Assembly (NCBI GenBank): GCA_043815885.1
Contig: JBDRIL010000048.1
Location: forward strand, 1 to 25,664
Source of the DNA: an archaeon
GTDB lineage: Archaea; Iainarchaeota; Iainarchaeia; Iainarchaeales; 1-14-0-10-31-34
Reading direction: 5' to 3'
DNA length: 25,664 nucleotides
The notes under the pieces were generated by a model. The model did not search any database. It was not told the origin of the DNA and was given only the letters and a program-made list of their open reading frames with translations. Below are positions 24,703-25,664 of this stretch, in pieces (position 1 is the stretch's first letter; each line of letters starts with the position of its first letter). The position numbers were made by a program, and so were the translations under genes.

Positions 24703-25664
24703 ATGTTGCATGAAGTAGGCTCTAAAAGCATTGACTCCGAATTCTTTTCTTCACTGCCCAAAAACTATGAGAAAGGCAAAACAAAGTACATTGTTATTAC
24801 TGGTTCTGTTATTAGCGGGATAGGAAAAGGCACATTCAGTTCAAGTTTAGCCACATTATTGAAGATTAGAGGATTAAAAATTGCTCCAATAAAAGCTGAA
24901 GCCTACTGGAATGTGGATGCAGGCACCTTGAATCCATTCAGGCATGGAGAGGTATTTGTATTGGATGACGGAACTGAAACTGATCTGGATTTGGGAACTT
25001 ATGAAAGGTTTATTGATGAGAATCTATCAAAGGATAATTTTATTACTAGCGGAAAGATTTATGCAGAGATAATTGAAAAGGAGAGAAAAGGAGAGTATTT
25101 GGGGAGGGATGTTCAATTCATTCCTCACGTGACAGGAGAAATAAAGAAATACTTTAGAGGCCTTGCAGTAAAATCAAAGGCAGATGTAGTATTAATTGAG
25201 ATTGGAGGCACAGCAGGAGATTACGAGAACCTTTACTTGCTTGAAGCCGTAAGGCAATTAATTTATGAAGATGGAAAAGAGAATGTGTGCTTGATTAATT
25301 TAACTTATATTATTGAACCCAAAAGTTTGGGGGAGCAGAAAAGCAAGGCAGCCCAACTTGGAATAAAGAAATTGGTTGAGATTGGACTGCAGCCTGATAT
25401 CATTGTTTGCAGGAGTGAAAACCCTGTAACCAACAGTGTTAGAGAAAAAATCTCCTTATTTGCAAATGTTCCACTGGACAGGGTAATTGGATTGCATGAC
25501 ATACATGAATTCTATTCAATTCCATTAATCTTAAAGGAAAGAGATTTGGATAAGAAAATATTTGAAGTACTGCAAATTGATAAAAGTAAATTGAAGAAAG
25601 ACGGAGTTGCTATAAAAGAATGGACCAAGAAGATGACTGTAAGAAAGCCAAAGAAAAAAATTAC
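24703..25664 (+). CDS. pyrG: CTP synthase, 3'-truncated by the window edge, not in the ORF track
   Basis: KTKYIVITGSVISGIGKG, NVDAGTLNPFRHGEVFVLDDGTETDLDLGTYERF, GRDVQFIPHVTGE, EIGGTAGDYE, GEQKSK. Confidence 0.97.
   Translation, partial: MLHEVGSKSIDSEFFSSLPKNYEKGKTKYIVITGSVISGIGKGTFSSSLATLLKIRGLKIAPIKAEAYWNVDAGTLNPFRHGEVFVLDDGTETDLDLGTYERFIDENLSKDNFITSGKIYAEIIEKERKGEYLGRDVQFIPHVTGEIKKYFRGLAVKSKADVVLIEIGGTAGDYENLYLLEAVRQLIYEDGKENVCLINLTYIIEPKSLGEQKSKAAQLGIKKLVEIGLQPDIIVCRSENPVTNSVREKISLFANVPLDRVIGLHDIHEFYSIPLILKERDLDKKIFEVLQIDKSKLKKDGVAIKEWTKKMTVRKPKKKI

Noticed and set aside
1098..25502. Remaining short ORFs nested in or antisense to identified genes (e.g. 1098..1379, 9079..9441, 10998..11435, 20940..21380, 25305..25502)
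   Set aside because: Fully overlap well-supported genes and show no motifs; expected shadows of Lys/Glu-rich coding strands

Overview
AT-rich archaeal chromosomal segment. NucS, an archaeal Lhr plus metallophosphoesterase pair, a tRNA without encoded CCA, TATA-type promoters and GGAGG/GGTG ribosome-binding sites point to an archaeon. Compact genes and Cys-rich surface proteins suggest a DPANN lineage such as Diapherotrites/Iainarchaeota (inference). Most of the window is housekeeping: 5-formyl-THF cyclo-ligase, DHH phosphoesterase, Nif3, Xaa-Pro peptidase, nucS, an ECF S component, eno, prs, nitroreductase, mscS, lhr, tRNA-Pro(CGG) and a partial pyrG. The main points of interest are: (1) a divergent unit at 12901-16081, in which a Cys-free ArsR-type regulator carrying a DUF4430/transcobalamin-beta-like domain faces, across a palindromic operator, a secreted alpha-barrel + DUF4430 protein with transcobalamin-like architecture, followed by a likely membrane-anchor partner. 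This is a candidate protein-regulated cobamide-scavenging system. (2) Two unrelated families of about 95-bp multi-hairpin intergenic repeats, each present twice. (3) A degenerate CheC-like + KaiC-like pseudo-enzyme operon. (4) Several small ORFs missed by the ORF track. All family assignments come from motif recognition by eye; no database searches were run.
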